Positions 1 to 12,767 are shown, numbered from the whole stretch's first letter. The stretch is DNA of 63,941 nucleotides, filler included, from Choristocarpus tenellus KU-1152 (GCA_964200185.2; 13 parts of 13 records of this genome joined end to end with filler, not necessarily neighbours in it), one strand, 5' to 3'. Notes: generated by a model not told the origin, from the letters alone. A program made the numbers and translations.

Positions 1-1668
1 TGATGGGGGGGGGTGGGGGAGAGTTAGTTTTGAGTGTCATGCTGTCTGGGTTAAAATGGTAAAATTGGTCTGGTAATAGCAGTGACAAGAGGAGTGGATT
101 ATTATTATTATTCTCTTGAAAATGCATTTTGATTTACCCTCCAGATATATATTTTTTGGTTATTGTTATTGTGAATGAAATGAGGTGATAGTGTATATAT
201 TGATCTCTTGGTGATGTTTGTAAGAAATATAATAATAATAATGATAGTTGATAGAGGTATGCAGTTTAATAATGACTTTGATCCTTAAATAAATGAGTGT
301 CTAATTATATAAGTGCACTTAGGATAGTTGATAGAGGTATGCATGTTTTTGTTGAAAAATATTTAATGCAAAACTTCTCCTATTTTATTGAAAAACGCCT
401 CAATATCTGTACCAATGCAATGGGTGCAACCTCTCTCTGATACCCCAATGCTATACTCTCTTGTACTGTGTGTGCTATGGTTTTGATGTCGTACTGTGCA
501 TTGTTTGGGGGGATGTTGGGCGATTTTTTTTTTGTGTCATTTCAGGAGGCCTGTGGTTCATGTCCACTCTTGACTCCCTTTGGAGTTGCCTGCTTGGAGA
601 AGCTAGGAGACATTCTACTCAACAATGGTAAGATGCTTGCCTTTGTATTTTTGTCTTAAGGTGTCAATGTTATCCTGGCAGTTTGTTAGAGGACTGCATG
701 GTGTATTCGGTGTGAAAATTGTTGGTTGCGAAAGGGCTGCTATTTCTGTTTGAAGTTTGAAGTTGAAGTTTGAGACACCTGCTTCATTTATTGGTTCAAT
801 TATTGGTTCATCATTGGAGGGCTTGAAGACGCCTATCTTGTGTATGTGTTTGTCTGTGTGAGTATCTGTACAAGTGTTTGGGTTTGTATGTTTTTCAGGC
901 GAGTGCATCTCGATAGGGCTCATATTTTTTTTATTAGCAATAGCAGTGGTACAGCAATGGCATACTGCAAAAATATATAGTGGTAAAAGGACAAGATTAT
1001 ATTTGTTTGTTTTCTTAATATGGTGGGAGGAGAGAGAGGAGTTTCATATCCACTGTCACACATAGTAGGTATCCCTGTCACACATGGTATTTGCAAGGTT
1101 TAGCAATGAAAGTGAACCACACTTGTACATACCTTGTCCTCTCTCCTTGAAGTTTTGATTGAATGTAAAAATAAATGAGGTTTAATGTGGGTATGTAGTC
1201 TTATTATTACTTATTTCCTGGACCATCAAACAGCGGTTGGCATGGGTAAGTGAGCTGGTCAGTCTTAGTCATGCTCTTGATTTGATCTGAGGTATCATGT
1301 CCATGGGGTTACTTCTTACACCACCTGTTTCTTTTTTAATTTCTTTTTTATTTACTTGGCAGGCGTGAAGTAGTCAATTGACCTCATATTATCAGTTTTT
1401 ATTATGTTTTGGCAGGCCTGTTGATTGAACTACTCCCTTACTCTGACTTTTTAATATTTTTTTTGTTATCATGTTTTTCCCACTATAACGTACTCTACAC
1501 TTCAACAAAAAAGGACTTGTCATTCCTTTTTTTTAAAGAGATATCATGCTATTTATAACAGTATAATGACATTCACCCATCATCCACACCACACCAGAAC
1601 CTTCTCTTTTTTTTTACCTAACTGTTATGTTGTCATCTTCATTCTGATATATATATATATATATATTG

Positions 1669-3775
1669 TATGATTGGGATGAAGGTAAATATGAATATGG
1701 GATACTGGTGTTGGAAGCAGCAATTGATTGTTATTGGGAGGCAAATGGCAGAACTCAACAGTACGAAAAGCTTGCAAGGCGTGTCACTCACATTACTAGC
1801 AAGCAGGGAGACACCCAGAGGTGAGAATACATATACATACATACATACATAATATATTATTTTTATTATATATGTTATTGTCAGACTTTGGTGATGGTAC
1901 CCACTGGATTGAGAAAGTGGTGGGAGAGGGGAATACTTGCTCAAATAGACAGGATTGTAGTATTTGGGCAATGATAAGCCATCATAACAATGGTATGTAA
2001 TCAAGATACATATATAATATCAACAACCTCATACTGCTCCGCTGACTTCCGATTTTTTAAAGTGAAAATGTGTAAGTTGCTGTATCTTTTAGCAGCCTTC
2101 CCTTCCCTTCCTTAAAAAAATGTCCATTTTAAGGCACCTGTTAAAGGGTCAATTTTTATATCCATTTTAAAAAGTAGAGGGTTTAGTGATTGAAAGAGTA
2201 GGAGTTATTAGTCACACAGAGAAATCACATGGATTGTTTTATTGGTCAAAAAAAGAAAATGGATTGTTGTTTTTCTCGTGTGGAATAGGAGTTCAATGTA
2301 GTTTTAAAGGTGAAAAGGTGAATAGGAGTGCGTTGTAGAGGGCCTTGACAAGAGGTTAAGAAGATCAATCTTGATGTCTATATTTTCCTACAAAAATAAG
2401 AAAAAATATTTTTGGGCAAGTTTTTTAGAAAATATATTTATTTTATTTTATGAAGATCACTTTGCTCTCGTAAGATATACAAAAAAGATCACCCTTACAA
2501 CAAGTAGATTGCTTGATGTGTGTAACGTCACCTGTCTGAATAATCACCTGTCTGAAGGAAATAATCTAGATATTGGGAGGTGATATTCTAGTACTGTTGT
2601 GCTAATTGCATAAGGGTCACACCACAAACTGCAGAGTGTGAAATGGTGTGAGTACAGGTCACTGAAGAACAAGTATGAGCACCTCCGAAATGTTTTTGAA
2701 AGTCAACCTTTGGACTTGTTTATTGCTAGGACATGCTAGGTAATGCTAAGACAACGGTTTATGCTGCGTCTAGTTTTAGTTAAATTTACCTATGACTCAT
2801 CTCAAAACAGGCATATACTGTCTATGATTAGTTTGACACAGTTATCTTGAAGCTCTTGATGTCAATTAAGTATTTCTTCTTTTATAATTCATTTTTGTTT
2901 AAAGTGCTTGAATAAGTAGAAATGTTTAAAGTGTTTGAATAAGTAGAAATGTTTAAAGTGTTTAAAATAATTAGAAGTATATCTTACCTATTTTTTAAGT
3001 ATGTGCATGACGAGGTTGATCCACTTCGAATTCTAAACCAAAAAAATGGTGTGTGAATAGGTGTTAATTGGATAAATTCTGTTAGTACTTTAATATTAAT
3101 ACTTTCAAAATATGGGTTGAAGTAAGGATTGACTCGACTTGTTATAAATTTTTTTTTTTTAAGTCTCTCCTTACTGATTGGTTAGGTTATCATGTGTATT
3201 TCCACACATCTCTGGATGTAGAGTACAAATCAATGGTTCCAAATAGAGTGGCTGGTTAACAATATTGTTTTGAATTGGCTCTTGAATTGGCTCTGTGGTG
3301 AGGCATCATACCAATTGAATTTTTTTGCAGCAGTCCAATAGATAGACAATATGCCACCCTTGACTACCATTATACCAACACACTGTTAAGTAGTGTCATA
3401 GTGTACCATTTATTACATGTAATATGTATAGATAAGGTATACCAACACACTGTTAAGTAGTGTCATAGTGTACCGTTTATTACATGCAATATGTATAGAT
3501 AAGGTATACCAACACACTATTAAGTAGTGTCATAGTGTACCGTTTATTACATGCAATATGTATAGATATAGTATACCCTTTTCTTTTTTTCATCTCTGTG
3601 GTGTATTTTTTTGTTGCTGATGTGATGTGATGTTTGTGTTTTGTTCTTTTTTACTGTTCTTTTTTTCAGGGCTCTTGAGTACCACTCTCGGATGCTGGTT
3701 GCAGCAAAAAAAGTGGGAAATGTAAATGAGTTTGTATACCTTGCAAAGGAGATCAGTCGCATGCTTAACCAGGAG
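1669..3775 (+). pseudogene. Decayed multi-exon gene of unknown function (possibly TE-borne), exons approx 1669-1820, 1885-1992, 2591-2756, 3670-3775
   Basis: Exon-like blocks, most bounded by YAG/GT, read YDWDEGKYEYGILVLEAAIDCYWEANGRTQQYEKLARR, LW*WYPLD*ESGGRGEYLLK*, YCCANCIRVTPQTAECEMV*VQVTEEQV*APPKCF* and ALEYHSRMLVAAKKVGNVNEFVYLAKEISRMLNQE. Internal stops are explicable as CGA/CAG/CAA to TGA/TAG/TAA changes. Confidence 0.5.
3371..3570 (+). repeat. Tandem repeat, ~67-bp unit x ~3
   Basis: ATACCAACACACTGTTAAGTAGTGTCATAGTGTACC...ATGTATAGATAAGGT starts at ~3372, 3439 and 3506. Confidence 0.9.
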
Positions 3776-5095
3776 GTATGTATCCATCATGGATGTATGA
3801 AGTGTGTTGAGGATACATAGGGTTAGGGCTTGATGGGAAATTTATTATCTGAATAGTTGAGTTTTATTTGGAGGTGGAGGTTTGGTCTGGGTGACAGAAG
3901 AGAAATGTGTAGGATATTTAACTCTCAGATTAGACTTAAGGTTAATAAAGGTTACATTGTTTTGGAAATGGGCATTTTACGTATTGTATTGGGGGACTTA
4001 ACTCTTAGTTCTGATATTTTAGTGTGAAGGTTTTGTGGTTAGGGTTAGGGTTAGGGTAACAACGAAGGTATGAAGATTTCAAAGTGTTAGGGTAGGATGT
4101 TATGGGTTAATTAATCGATACTGATTATCTATATTGATTCATGAAGGTTAGGGTTAGAGTGAACCATCCTGTTGCAATGACCAAGATTAGAACTAACCCA
4201 TTTGGAGGATAATGAGGTAGGCGTTAATTACCGCATTATTTTTTGTTACTGATGGGGGATAAGGTGGCTCTTCTTGCCAGGTATTCTATGATTGATGACT
4301 GTACTGTACTGTACTATACTGGTTGTGCTTTTTTCTGATCAACATGTATCACTGTCCTTGTGTTGATTTCTGTTGCTGTATCACTGTCCCTCGGAAGCAC
4401 CTTATTCTTTTATGTGTTTTTATTTATTATTTATTATTTTTGTGTGGTTACATATTATTTACTTTTATGTGTTATTTTTTGTTTTTTATTTTATTTATTA
4501 TTTATTTATTTTTGGGGGGGGGCACTGACCAAAGTTCGTGTTGATGTTGTTGTGTAAAATAGTTCTGAAAATAAACCGGACCATTCAATGACTGTGGGGT
4601 TTTTTTTACAATGCATGTACCTCTTCGGGAAGACCTCCAATTCAAATTCAAAAACGGACTTTTGCGTTGGATTCCTTGACATTTTTTTTAATAGAATTCC
4701 TTGACATTTTTTTTCATTAGAATACCTTTCCTAACTTTCACTCAATGCTATTTATCGTTCACATCCAATTCAGTGCCTTCTTGTGGGTCTATGCCCTAAT
4801 TGTTCTAACCTCTGTTCCATGTTTTCAGAACAATTTGGGGTTATATTTTTTCAAATATATTCATCTTAAAAAAAATTCCGAGGAATCCAATGCAAAAATC
4901 ATTTATTTATTTATTTTAATCGGAGGTCATCCTGAAGAGGTACAGGCATAAAAGAAAGAGACTTATGGGATGGAGGGAGTGTATGTATAATGTTTAAAAG
5001 TGTAAGTTGTGCATAATATCTCGACTACTAGAAAGTGGTTCTTTACTGTAGTTTGAAGGTGAGCTATGAGGTTTTGAGTCAAGGGTCACTTCTAG

Positions 5096-5164
5096 GAAAT
5101 GTATGACTTGAAGGAAATGTGTGACTTGAAGGAAATGTATGACTTGAAGGAAATGTATGACTTG
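5096..5164 (+). repeat. Tandem repeat, 19-bp unit (GGAAATGTATGACTTGAAG-like) x ~3.5
   Basis: Directly visible in the sequence. Confidence 0.85.
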
Positions 5165-5509
5165 ATTCGTTTGATTATGTCTTGCTTTTGTTAGGGATGT
5201 TTATTGTTTTTAAATATTGCAAGTGGTGTGGAAAGTTTCAAAGGGAGTATAGGTTAGGGGATGGGAATTTTATTATCTTTTTTTAAGGGTGTCATTAATC
5301 AGTGTTTGTTTATACTAGTCTATTCAACAAAAAATAAGAGAAACAGGACCTATCATGGTCCAAATCGATCACATTGAAATGGGACATGGTGATACCTAAC
5401 CCTAACCCTTTCCATTTCCTTACCCCCCCCCCCCCCCCCCCCCCTCTTTCCCACCCCTTTTTAATAGGCCACCCCCCTGCGCCCACTCTAAAAAACCAAA
5501 AATAAAAAC

Positions 5510-5609
5510 NNNNNNNNNNNNNNNNNNNNNNNNNNNNNNNNNNNNNNNNNNNNTTAATTAATTAANNNNNNNNNNNNNNNNNNNNNNNNNNNNNNNNNNN
5601 NNNNNNNNN
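5510..5609. other. Artificial contig-joining spacer (44 N + TTAATTAATTAA + 44 N). The same spacer recurs at 10710, 14271, 17982, 22665, 25383, 36125, 38763, 41954, 48586, 51250 and 55512.
   Basis: Identical 100-nt block seen 12 times; its core has stop codons in all frames on both strands. Confidence 0.98.
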
Positions 5610-5629
5610 GAGGACAAAGATGCCGGAAG

Positions 5630-5816
5630 CGGAGGGGGGTGGGGGGGGGGGGGGGAGGGGCGCCTACACCAGGGTGTCCATTTGGGCCCTGACCAGGAAA
5701 AGTGCACTTACACTATCCATCTAGCACATGCAACAAAAACACCCAGGATTGTGACATGGAAAAATAGGTTCCAAATGGACAGCCGTCACCCCCCCTTCCC
5801 CCAGATACTTTGAGCC
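5630..5816 (-). mobile_element. MITE family B copy (poly-G/poly-C subterminal, terminus AGATACTTTGAGCC)
   Basis: Reverse-complement similarity to 30336-30514 (TACACCAGGGTGTCCATT...CCAAATGGACARCCG...CCCCAGATACTTTG). Confidence 0.75.
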
Positions 5817-5820
5817 ACAG

Positions 5821-8469
5821 TGGAAATCCCCACAACAATGCCTCGCCCATCTCCATCAGGATCGGAAGGGAATCTCTTCTTTGGCGTTGTGGCGTACATT
5901 AATGGGCGAACTACTATCCCGGTCCACGAGCTTCGCAGTCTATTGGCCTCTCACGGTGGTGTGGTTGAAGCATACAACACGTCCAGGTGCACTCACATGA
6001 TCTGTGAGTCTCTGCCAGGCGCCAAGATTAAGCAGCTACGTAAGGTGGGTTGATCGAGGGACTCATGGTGATTTCAGAAGTGAGAGTAGCCGCACGATTT
6101 TGTCAAGTTACGAAGTCCCAATTGAAAAACTAAGGGAAGCATTTGTTGCAATTCCATCTATGTATTGGGGTTTTGGGGGGAGTTTCATTATGCTTAAGTC
6201 TGTGCGTGTCAGCGCAGATTAACCTCTCTGCCCACGTTTCCTACTAGCATCTTGTTAGATTGCACCCTCCTGTGTTACTCACACCCCACCACCTTAGTCC
6301 ATGAATGCCTAGCAACATATAATAACATATGCCTCACGAGAGGGTGTTGCAGTGAATGCATACTTCCCCATGCTTGTTCTTGCGGAGGATTATGTTGCTC
6401 TAGGTGTGATATTCCAGGAGAAAATTATAAGTTCGTCTTTGCCAAATTTAGCTAGTTCTATTCAACCTTTGCACTTTTATACGCACACCTGTTCAGATTT
6501 CGTGTGTGCCAAAGAATCTAAACCAAGTCCCCTGATGCCCATCATTTCCATGCCCACCCCCACATTCATTTCTAGCCTGTGCTGGCACTGCAGGATATTT
6601 CCTACTGAGTGTTTGTTCCCCTCCCTCCCTCCCTCACCTCGTGGCCATTGTTCTTTTCCGTTCTTGCCCATTCAGTGCCGCCATCCACCCCAAGTAGTCC
6701 GTTCTGACTGGGTTTCAGATTCGGTCCGCAGTGGTCGGAAGCTACCAACAGCCAAGTACCTAGTGGAGGGCATCTTTGTGCAGAGAGGGGGTATGATCGA
6801 AACTTCCTTTTCAGGTTCTACTAATAGCAGCAGTGACCAGGCATACAACACCCCCCAGAATCAGCCTGGTCATGGCTGGGTCCATGGCATGGAGACAACA
6901 AATTTAGCAACAACCGATACCACTATGGACCTTAGGCAAAAGGAGACCTGTGTCAACTTCAGGACAGATCCCGCTACCCAGGTTAGTATGGCACGAAATG
7001 TATCGGACACTACAGTAAGGCAGAGGATAGGGGAAAAGCCCAACCAAGTGGAGGTTGATTTCCAGGGGGTGTCAACAGGTGCTGGGGAGGTAAGTTCGGG
7101 TTGTGCGTCATCGTCAGCTATTTTGATGCCAGCATTGGTGCCAAATCCCTACCGAGAAAGGGAGCATCAGGGGCTGAGACTGCTGAGGAACAGGGAGATG
7201 CTTGGAAGCTTGCAGATACCACCAAGGACCAGGATGCATAGGCAGGGGGTGGGTGGGGGGAGGGAAAGGAGCTCTGGCCTTACGGAAGGCAGCAGTGGTG
7301 GGAAGGGTTCACTGGTTCAGCAGGAGATACCTGGCATGGAGAATGTTGAAGAAGGTCGGACAACTAAGGATGACCCTAAGTTTATGCAGACCTTCTTTCA
7401 GTACTCTAGACTGCACTTCATTGGAGTTGGGTGAGGAGGGTGAGGAGGGTGAGGAGGGTGAGGAGGGTGAGGAAGGGTCAGAACCCCTCTGCATGAGGTA
7501 TAGAGGATGTGGTCAGGGTGTAAGATTGAGAATTGGGGGAAACTGATATTGTCTACGGAAGTTGCAGCCATATTAGTTGGGAGCTGTTCTTTGGTTTTCG
7601 ATAGAGACCCTATTTTGGAGTTGTTGGGGATGAGCTGAGAACTGCTGCAAAATACTGTCTGCCTGATCAGGGTCTTGGTGACGACAAATCGACTCTGTTA
7701 GGCTAGGGAGAATGGCAATATGTGGGTTTGAAGGAAGGAGTCATTGGGAATGTTGTGCAGTAATCATGACTTGGGCGACAGGAGTATGTGGATTTGGGAA
7801 GGGTGGTTCTTTCTTGAAAATTCAGAAGATGTTTTGTATGTACAGTAGATTGTGTGAATGGAGGGACTAGAAGGTTAGGGTTAGGGTTAGTTCTTAATAG
7901 TTGTAAGTTTGACGAGACCTTTATTGACACCGGGCTGCTTTTTCCCTCCTCAACCCATCAATATCACAGGTCTTGTTGAACCTTCCACGTGCCGCTCTAC
8001 CTCCCCCCTCCACCTTTCTTATCACTTACAAAGTACTACTACTAATAGTATTATGATCGTCATCACTATCAGTATCAGTAATACTTCCACTTAGTATATC
8101 ATCTTACGACAGTCACTCCCTACACCCTGTGACTGTCTATCTCAAACATCTTGAACTGATTTAATGTTACCAAACTCTCTGATGGATGAACCCGCCTCCC
8201 ATGCTCAGGAGAGCACATGCAGTAAAGGTGGTGAATGCCGGACTGGCGGAAAGGGCCAGGACTGGTTCCCGCCCCCTATACAATGGACCCCTGGGCTCGG
8301 CTGACCAGGGAGGGGAAATGGAAGGATCGCTGGGCAATGGGGGGCGAGGTCGAAAGAAACTCCCTCGTGTAGTACTACATGTGGACATGGATTGCTTTTT
8401 TGTGAGTGTGCTCCTGAGGAGTCGACCTGAGCTGAGGGACCGGCCTGTGGCTGTTGCACACAATGGTGG
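5821..8469 (+). CDS. REV1: DNA repair protein REV1 (Y-family deoxycytidyl transferase), partial. Exons ~5821-6044, 6676-7430, 8209-8469.
   Basis: N-terminal BRCT domain (LFFGVVAYINGRT...HGG...THMICESLPGAKIK / VVRSDWVSDSVRSGRKLP), REV1 hallmark F..SRLHFIG, and Y-polymerase motif VLHVDMDCFFVSV...PVAVAH. GT-AG boundaries keep the frame. Confidence 0.93.
7429..7472 (+). repeat. (GGGTGAGGA)x5 tandem repeat overlapping a REV1 splice donor
   Basis: Directly visible in the sequence. Confidence 0.9.
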
Positions 8470-10856
8470 GTAATGGGTAGTGGGTATGAGGTATTTGGTG
8501 GATCAGATTTTGTTTTTTTGCATTTTTGTCATGTGCCAATGTTGTACAGCAGCAGACACAAGAAACAGTTATATATTGTAGTTTGGAGTGGATATACGTA
8601 TGTGAATGTATGTATGTATGTATGTATGTATTATGTATGTATGTATGTGCAGTAGGTGTAGTAAGCGTTGCTAGAAACCGAGTTTTTCTTAGAGAGTAAC
8701 TGCCATTCAGAAAAAAAAAAGTGTGGGCAAATGCATCTGACACAAAATTCGGGTAAGAGAGGAAAAAAAGAACTAAAAAAAACTAAATAATGAGAGGTTA
8801 CGTTTTGAAGCACACGCCTCTTTCGTTTGTTTATTACATTTGTTTTTTACGCTCAAGAGAACGCACGGAAAAAAAAGTAAAGAAAACTCTAGCAAAAATG
8901 AAAATGAAATATAAGAATAAAAAAGGAAAAAGGTCAATAGCTGCGATTCCACTTCTCTGTCCACATGCAAGAGTCGTGTAGTTGGTCAGAGAATTTTGAA
9001 AATCTCCCTTCGCTCTGCACATGAACATGTACAGGTGTGTTGCAGTGGTGGGAAGCTACAGATTCAATGTTCATGTCTATATTAGTATGGCAATGGTGTA
9101 CCTTGTCTTGTGCTACGAAAGTAGCATTCAATTGGATTGATAAGATTTGAGCAGATGGTAACGAATCTGAACTGAGCATGGAGGGGGGCGATTTTCAAAG
9201 ATAGGGTTATTATATATATATATATATTTTTTTTCTTGTGAATGCGGTTGGCGCACTTTGTCTGGTGTAGCAGCAAACAACAGCAATCGATCTTTGTCTT
9301 TATTTTATTTTTATTCCTATTGTTCTGTTGCCTACACTAAGGATAGCTATTTACACTGGTGGTGATTTAACATGGGTGCAAATGTAATTGAAAAGGAATC
9401 TCTGGGTTGGGGTTGGGGTTGGGGTTAGGGTTGGGATTAGAGTTGGGGTCAGAGTTGGAGCACATGGAGGCTATTCTCTTTGGCACAGTGTAATTCAGCA
9501 TGAAATGGTGCTTCTAAGTGTTTTTTTTACTGAAAGGAAAAAAAAAGTATGCTTGAATTACTGTAACAGACCGTAATGAGCTTGTAGATGGGAGGCTCTA
9601 GGAAAACAAATTTTGAGTTTTGATCAAGAACATTCACAGGTGAAAACCCTGTTCAGGTCTCTGAAGATCTGCCGAAGGAGGCTTTTTTTTTACAATTTGC
9701 TCCTCCGTTTTATCCAGAGTGAGAGCATCCTCAGCATTGCTTTGCATCCTTTCTTGTCTGTCCATGCGGAGAGCATGTTCAAGGGATGGGGTTTTGCTAT
9801 ATTGTACGTTGGCATTGCCACTGCACATCTGTACAGATCCCATTATGCTTGTTTGTGCTGGTCCTGATTGGTGACCTTGTCGTGATTATTTATGTGGCTT
9901 GGTGTCCATTTTGCAACGTGCTTGCCTGGTTTCCCCAAGTTCAGGCTTGTGCCCTTTATGACCCATGATGTGCTTCATACCGCCTCCCTTTTATTATCGA
10001 AACCAACCTCCCAGACTTGTGTCCATTCCCAAAGTTTTAGTTTTAACTGTCACGTAGCATTGAGATACCACTTTTCCGCTGGGAAAGTTCTTGGAAAGAA
10101 TTGCTGCCCCAGTGATGGTAGGATGGGCAGGCACGTCAGTATTAGACAAAATCAGGGGCCGGGGTGCTAGCCTTTTTTTTTGTTCTGTTGGTGATCACCC
10201 CTTCTTTTTCTTCTTCTTTAGAATATGTGTTTTCTCAAGTAGTGTGTATTTCCTTCTTCTGAATCCCTTTCAAACACAGGTCTGGGATCCCTCGAACTGA
10301 TGGGAAGAATATTTATACTGTTACTTATACTCTGTATATAATAATACTATGTACTGCTCTGAAGTATGCAATGCTAATAACATGAGGTAATAAATGGAAT
10401 AATAAATGATATATTAATAATAGTAATAATAATAATAATAATAACGCCAGTGGTCATGTGCATTCCCCAAGAGGTCAACCCAATCTTAGTGTTTACCCTT
10501 CTGCCCATTCCTGAACCCCCCCTACGACATTCCGGTACTGTTCTCATGACATCCGGTGTGAACCCACAATAAACCTCTTACTTTTATTTTTCTAAATGAC
10601 AACAAATAGAAATAAAATCAGAATTTACTAGAAAATTGCATCAGTTTCAGAGTTGAACATGCAATACTTTTTTTTTTGTGTTTGTGCGCGCGTGCGTGCG
10701 TGTGTGGAANNNNNNNNNNNNNNNNNNNNNNNNNNNNNNNNNNNNNNNNNNNNTTAATTAATTAANNNNNNNNNNNNNNNNNNNNNNNNNNNNNNNNNNN
10801 NNNNNNNNNCCCCCTGTGGAATGTGGGCTGTGATTTGCATGCACTATCTCCGACAG

Positions 10857-12428
10857 GAACATGGGTGTGCTGCGATGGCTGCAATGGCACTGCGATCTCC
10901 AGCAAATGGTGAGCGACTGGTGGGTGCCGGGGGGGTGGGGACCATTCTCGCTGCCATGAGAACGCATCCCTCAGCTGTGGCCCTGCAGAGACAGGTGGGG
11001 CACCATAACACAAGCGTGCACACACACACACATTCGCTCCTTCCAACTGTCTGGAGTTTCACATTGTTGGTTTGTGGTAGTAAATATGTATCTTCCATGG
11101 TTCAAGTTGATAAGCAGTGGCTGTTCCTTAATTCTATAATGCCGTTCTATTGATGGTGATGAGGGTTGCATTGGTTGAGGTAGAGGAGTAGTATTTCTTG
11201 AGGGACCTTTCTTCTGAGTGGGCAGATGCAAATGGACCAGTGCAAGGGCCGGACTGGTTCCAATGTTTTCTTGCAAGTCCAGGACCAGGTTCGAGTATCA
11301 GAACCTGTTCGGTCCCTGAGCTGGACCGGTTCAAGTATTTTCTGACCTGGCCTGAAACTCAAGGTTGTTAGAGATTGTATCAGGGGCAGGTTGTAGTTAT
11401 AATCTACTCCATAGAGTAGATGGTACAAAGCCTACCTGGACCGATCCAGATCAATTTTCCTATCATGTAAGGGAATAAACAGTAGTATGGGGTATCAATC
11501 TACATATAATATATCTTTAAATATTCCCACATGTTTTTTTCACGATAATTTGGAAATTATTTTGACTGTAACAGCGAGACGCATCTTGACAAGTAAGTCC
11601 TGTCCAGTTTTGGAGACTTTTCAATGCGACCTTTCAACTGCTATTATTGGTAAATCAACACAGATAGAGCGCTAGTTGGTCTGGTATCAATTGTCAAAAA
11701 AGGATGTAGGAATTGTGTGTGTGTGTCAGGCTGGTTTGGGTGACGCTCTTGATGACTCTGTGTATAGCAGCATATCTTTGTTTCCATTCAGGAATATATT
11801 TTTTTTTCTTGTGGAATGAATCTATTAATGAATGCTCATCACGTACATGTGGGGGGTGCGAACAAAAAATCGCTATTTATTTATTTGTTTCGTTTTATTT
11901 CTGTGTCAAAAACAACAAATAATTGTGTGCATGAAAAATATTGATTCTTTCTTATGCTCAGTGGAAGGGAATTATTACTTTTTATTTCTACTCAACTTCG
12001 TAAGAAAAGAATATATGTATCAATTTTATTTTTTCTTTGTTTCTTTGTTTCCCTCTCTCTCTCTTTCTCTCTTTCTTTCTCTCTTTCTCTTTCTTTCCCT
12101 CATTCTTTCTTTCAACTTTCTCTCGATCTTTCTTTCTTCTCCCTCATACTTTCCTTCTCTCTTTCTCTTTCTCTTTCTTTCCCTCATTCTTTCCTTCTCT
12201 CTCTCTCTTTCTCTTTCTCTCTCTTTCTATCTTTCTCTCTTTCTTTCTCTTTCTTTCTTTCTTTTGCGAGATCAGGCATCCCTGTGCATCCGCAACATTG
12301 CAGCTCGTTGTCCTTCCTTACGGCAGCGCATGCTAGATGAGGGCTGCGAGGAGCTGTTGAGGGAGGCGGGAAAGCATGGTGGAAGCATTGATGAAGCCTA
12401 CGGGGCACTCCGCGACTTGCAATGCGAG
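10857..12428 (+). CDS. ARMC6: Armadillo repeat-containing protein 6-like, C-terminal exons (10857-10994, 12276-12428)
   Basis: EHGCAAMAAMALRSPANGERLVGAGGVGTILAAMRTHP..ALQRQ / ASLCIRNIAARCP...LDEGCEELLREA...AYGALRDLQCE resembles the ARMC6 C-terminus (QKQAC.LIRNLVAR...A.AALRDLGC). Phase-0 GT-AG intron. Confidence 0.8.
12040..12265 (+). repeat. Long CT-rich microsatellite / polypyrimidine tract before an ARMC6 acceptor
   Basis: (CT)n/(CTTT)n stretch with internal duplications. Confidence 0.9.
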
Positions 12429-12532
12429 GTAACTCAACTTAAAAAAAAAATCTCCTATGATAATGATGGTAATGTGTATTTTTTCTTTTTAATAATCGTA
12501 ATGTAAGTTTACACTGTTTTACTACACTACTG

Positions 12533-12589
<57 letters not shown>

Positions 12590-12767
12590 TTGTTTTTTTT
12601 TACAATAGGTCAGGGCAAAGGTAAGGGTAAGGGCAAGGGATCTGAGAAGTTGAATGAATTTAGAGCACAAGGAAAAAAAAAAAGTGTGTGTGTGTGTTTT
12701 TTTTGTGGAACTACTCTATACTACGTGAGTGTTATATTATAACACAGGAGTTTTTGGTTTGACAGGA

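Noticed and set aside
1885-2756. Alternative genetic code or selenocysteine read-through of TGA
   Set aside because: All three stop types occur, and intact genes in the window use the standard code. Deamination decay is the simpler explanation.
5554-5565. Recurrent TTAATTAATTAA as a biological motif (PacI site or piggyBac target)
   Set aside because: Always centred in a 100-nt N spacer, so it is an assembly linker.
11832-12275. Hydrophobic Leu/Ser/Phe-rich membrane protein ORFs
   Set aside because: They are translations of an intronic CT microsatellite.
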